Assembly: GCA_040902005.1 (NCBI GenBank)
Contig: JBBDYA010000113.1
Coordinates: 1-15,139, forward strand
Direction: 5' to 3'
Source of the DNA: Gemmatimonadaceae bacterium
Lineage (GTDB): Bacteria > Gemmatimonadota > Gemmatimonadetes > Gemmatimonadales > Gemmatimonadaceae
DNA length: 15,139 nucleotides
Part shown: piece after piece, positions 13,457-15,139 of the stretch
How the letters are laid out: each line of letters begins with the position of its first letter
Numbering within the stretch: the first letter of the stretch is position 1
Translations under genes and position numbers: made by a program
Notes under the pieces: generated by a model
The model's input: the letters and a program-made list of their open reading frames with translations, nothing else
Databases searched by the model: none
What the model was told of the DNA's origin: nothing

Positions 13457-15019
13457 ATGCGCCTGCGGACGTGCGTTCTCATCCTCCTGATCGTTGCAGT
13501 TCCAATATCCACCGGAACCGCGCAGGTGATCCGCGGGCGCGTGTTTCTCGCGGACAGCGTCATACCGGTCGCGGGGATCGTGGTGACGGCCGTGGGACCG
13601 CGCAACAGCACCGCCGGGGCGGCGCTGACGCGTTCGACGGGCGACTACGTCCTCCAGGTGAGCAATGGCGGCACGTACGAGCTCCGTGCGCTTCGCATCG
13701 GATACCGGCCGGCGGTCGTGGGTGGCGTCGCGGTGGCGGCGGGGGTGGGAGACACGATCGTGAGGAATATCTACCTCACGTCGCTCCCGGTTGCGCTGAC
13801 AGCCGTGGATGTCAGTGGGGACGACGACTGCAGCCTGCGCGGGCGCGACGGGCAGCGTCTGCTGCGTCTGTGGGAGCAGGCGCGCGGCGCGCTTGCGGCG
13901 ACGCACCTGTGGGAGCAGGGCGGCGCGCTCGACGTGCGTCTGATGACCGTGGTTGGTCGCCAGGACGCACCATCCCGCCCGACTGACTCGCTGTACGTCG
14001 AGGTGGACACGCTCACTGTGCGCGAGGTCATTGTCGACCGCGCGTTCGCCGCGACGCCGCCGGAGACGCTCATCGCCCGGGGATACGTCAGGACATCGCC
14101 GGACGACGAGCCGGTCTTCGACATGCCGAATGCGGAGACGCTGCTGTCGGACGCGTTCATCGACGGGCATTGCTTCGCGATCAGGAAACCTCCCGCCGGC
14201 GAGGACTGGATCGGGCTGGGGTTCCGGCCGCGCCGGACGATCAGGGGGGTGACGGACATCCGCGGCGTGCTGTGGCTGGACCGATCCACCGCGGAGTTGC
14301 GCCGCATCGAGTTCGAGTACGCCAACCTCCCGACGGGCGAGTACCGCATCTGCGACCTCAAGCCGCACGTGCCCTTGACGCCGGACCGAATGGGGGAAGT
14401 TCCGCCGTTCAAGCAGCCGCAACCCCAATGCCAGACTGCACGCAACAGGAACAACAGCCTTCGCCTTGGCGGGCACGCCGATTTCGTGCGTCTGCGCACC
14501 GGCGAATGGCTCGTCGCGAACTGGAACCTTCGCACACCGCCGGATCAGGGGCGTATCCGCGCCTTGCCGTGGAAGCACCGCCAGGTGAACCGCAGGACCG
14601 AGCGCTGCTGGGCCGGGCCCGGTTGTGTCACAGTGGTCTCCATGCGCCCACGGCTGGTCACGTCGACTGGGGTGATCACCGCCGTGGTTCGCGACGGCGA
14701 ACTGCTCTACGAGAACGGTTCCGGATCCGCGCTGCTTGCTGCCGCTTCCGCACGGCAGGCCAGCAAGGGCCTCGCGTCGATTGAAGGTACGGTGCGGGAC
14801 TCGGCGGGACGGCCGCTCGTTGGTGCTATCGTCCACAGCGAGCTCCCCGGGCGGGCCGTCTGGACCGACAGCACCGGCAGGTTCCGGCTCACTCTTCCGA
14901 CAGGCCGCGTCACGCTCCATGTACGTTGCCGCGGGTATGAGTCGGCCCGGGAGGCAGTGGAGCTGACGCGGGCCGGGACGCGTGACGTCGAGTTCACGCT
15001 GCGGCGGGGGACGTGGTGA
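13457..15019 (+). CDS. Secreted protein with N- and C-terminal carboxypeptidase regulatory-like (transthyretin-like beta-sandwich) domains, about 520 aa
   Basis: Signal peptide MRLRTCVLILLIVAVPISTGTA-Q. Domain 1 is IRGRV...TRSTGDYVL...GTYELRALRIGYRP. Domain 2 is IEGTVRDSAGRPLVGA...TDSTGRFRL...RCRGY. The ORF extension to 13253 runs through the repeat element and is not considered coding. Confidence 0.82.
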   Translation: MRLRTCVLILLIVAVPISTGTAQVIRGRVFLADSVIPVAGIVVTAVGPRNSTAGAALTRSTGDYVLQVSNGGTYELRALRIGYRPAVVGGVAVAAGVGDTIVRNIYLTSLPVALTAVDVSGDDDCSLRGRDGQRLLRLWEQARGALAATHLWEQGGALDVRLMTVVGRQDAPSRPTDSLYVEVDTLTVREVIVDRAFAATPPETLIARGYVRTSPDDEPVFDMPNAETLLSDAFIDGHCFAIRKPPAGEDWIGLGFRPRRTIRGVTDIRGVLWLDRSTAELRRIEFEYANLPTGEYRICDLKPHVPLTPDRMGEVPPFKQPQPQCQTARNRNNSLRLGGHADFVRLRTGEWLVANWNLRTPPDQGRIRALPWKHRQVNRRTERCWAGPGCVTVVSMRPRLVTSTGVITAVVRDGELLYENGSGSALLAAASARQASKGLASIEGTVRDSAGRPLVGAIVHSELPGRAVWTDSTGRFRLTLPTGRVTLHVRCRGYESAREAVELTRAGTRDVEFTLRRGTW

Positions 15020-15079
15020 TGCCGTCGCTCCAGGCGCGCGATTTCAACTTCACGAGTCTCAGCGAAGCCGTTTAAGGCG

Positions 15080-15139
15080 GCTGGGCGAGCGGTGTGCGGC
15101 TCCGACGCGCGCTGTCTGAGCCGGCCGGGTACCCGCGAA
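15080..15139. mobile_element. Second, inverted copy of the 136-bp element, cut off by the window end
   Basis: 15080-15139 is the reverse complement of 13323-13382 at 59/60 nt, with a single difference at 15121 vs 13341. Confidence 0.8.

Noticed and set aside
13445..14920. 491-aa minus-strand ORF
   Set aside because: Antisense shadow of the signal-peptide-bearing plus-strand gene, with no motifs of its own.
15066..15082. Hairpin AGCCG-tttaagg-CGGCT as a terminator for the last CDS
   Set aside because: Short stem, no downstream U-tract, and it overlaps the edge of the repeat copy.

Overview
A GC-rich, gene-dense bacterial window with 12 well-supported CDSs. The gene content suggests Gemmatimonadota or Acidobacteriota; this is inferred from the PadR + duplicated orphan permease pairs and the carboxypeptidase-regulatory-domain protein, not from a search. 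Gene order on +: an in-frame RsbW-type anti-sigma kinase/STAS anti-anti-sigma fusion, a probable 21-codon gene remnant, PadR + ADOP-type permease, a secreted Xaa-Pro dipeptidyl-peptidase, a membrane-anchored protein with a secretin N-like domain, a GNAT with an extra N-terminal beta-domain, a second PadR + ADOP pair, and a lipoprotein. On -: a signal-peptide-bearing VOC protein and a DUF1624 membrane protein. On + again: a secreted protein with two carboxypeptidase-regulatory-like domains. Non-coding structure includes a 7-nt-periodic G-rich tract (10-65), a CGTC-type palindromic repeat (993-1084), a different palindromic operator in front of each padR, and a 136-bp element with 20-bp terminal inverted repeats (13244-13379). 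An inverted, near-identical copy of that element starts at about 15080, so the two copies bracket the last gene. I found no rRNA, tRNA, CRISPR array, transposase or integrase. No single clearly novel system is proven. The best leads are the kinase-STAS fusion with an internal RBS, the repeat-bracketed gene, the PadR/ADOP modules with different operators, and the stand-alone secretin-N membrane protein.
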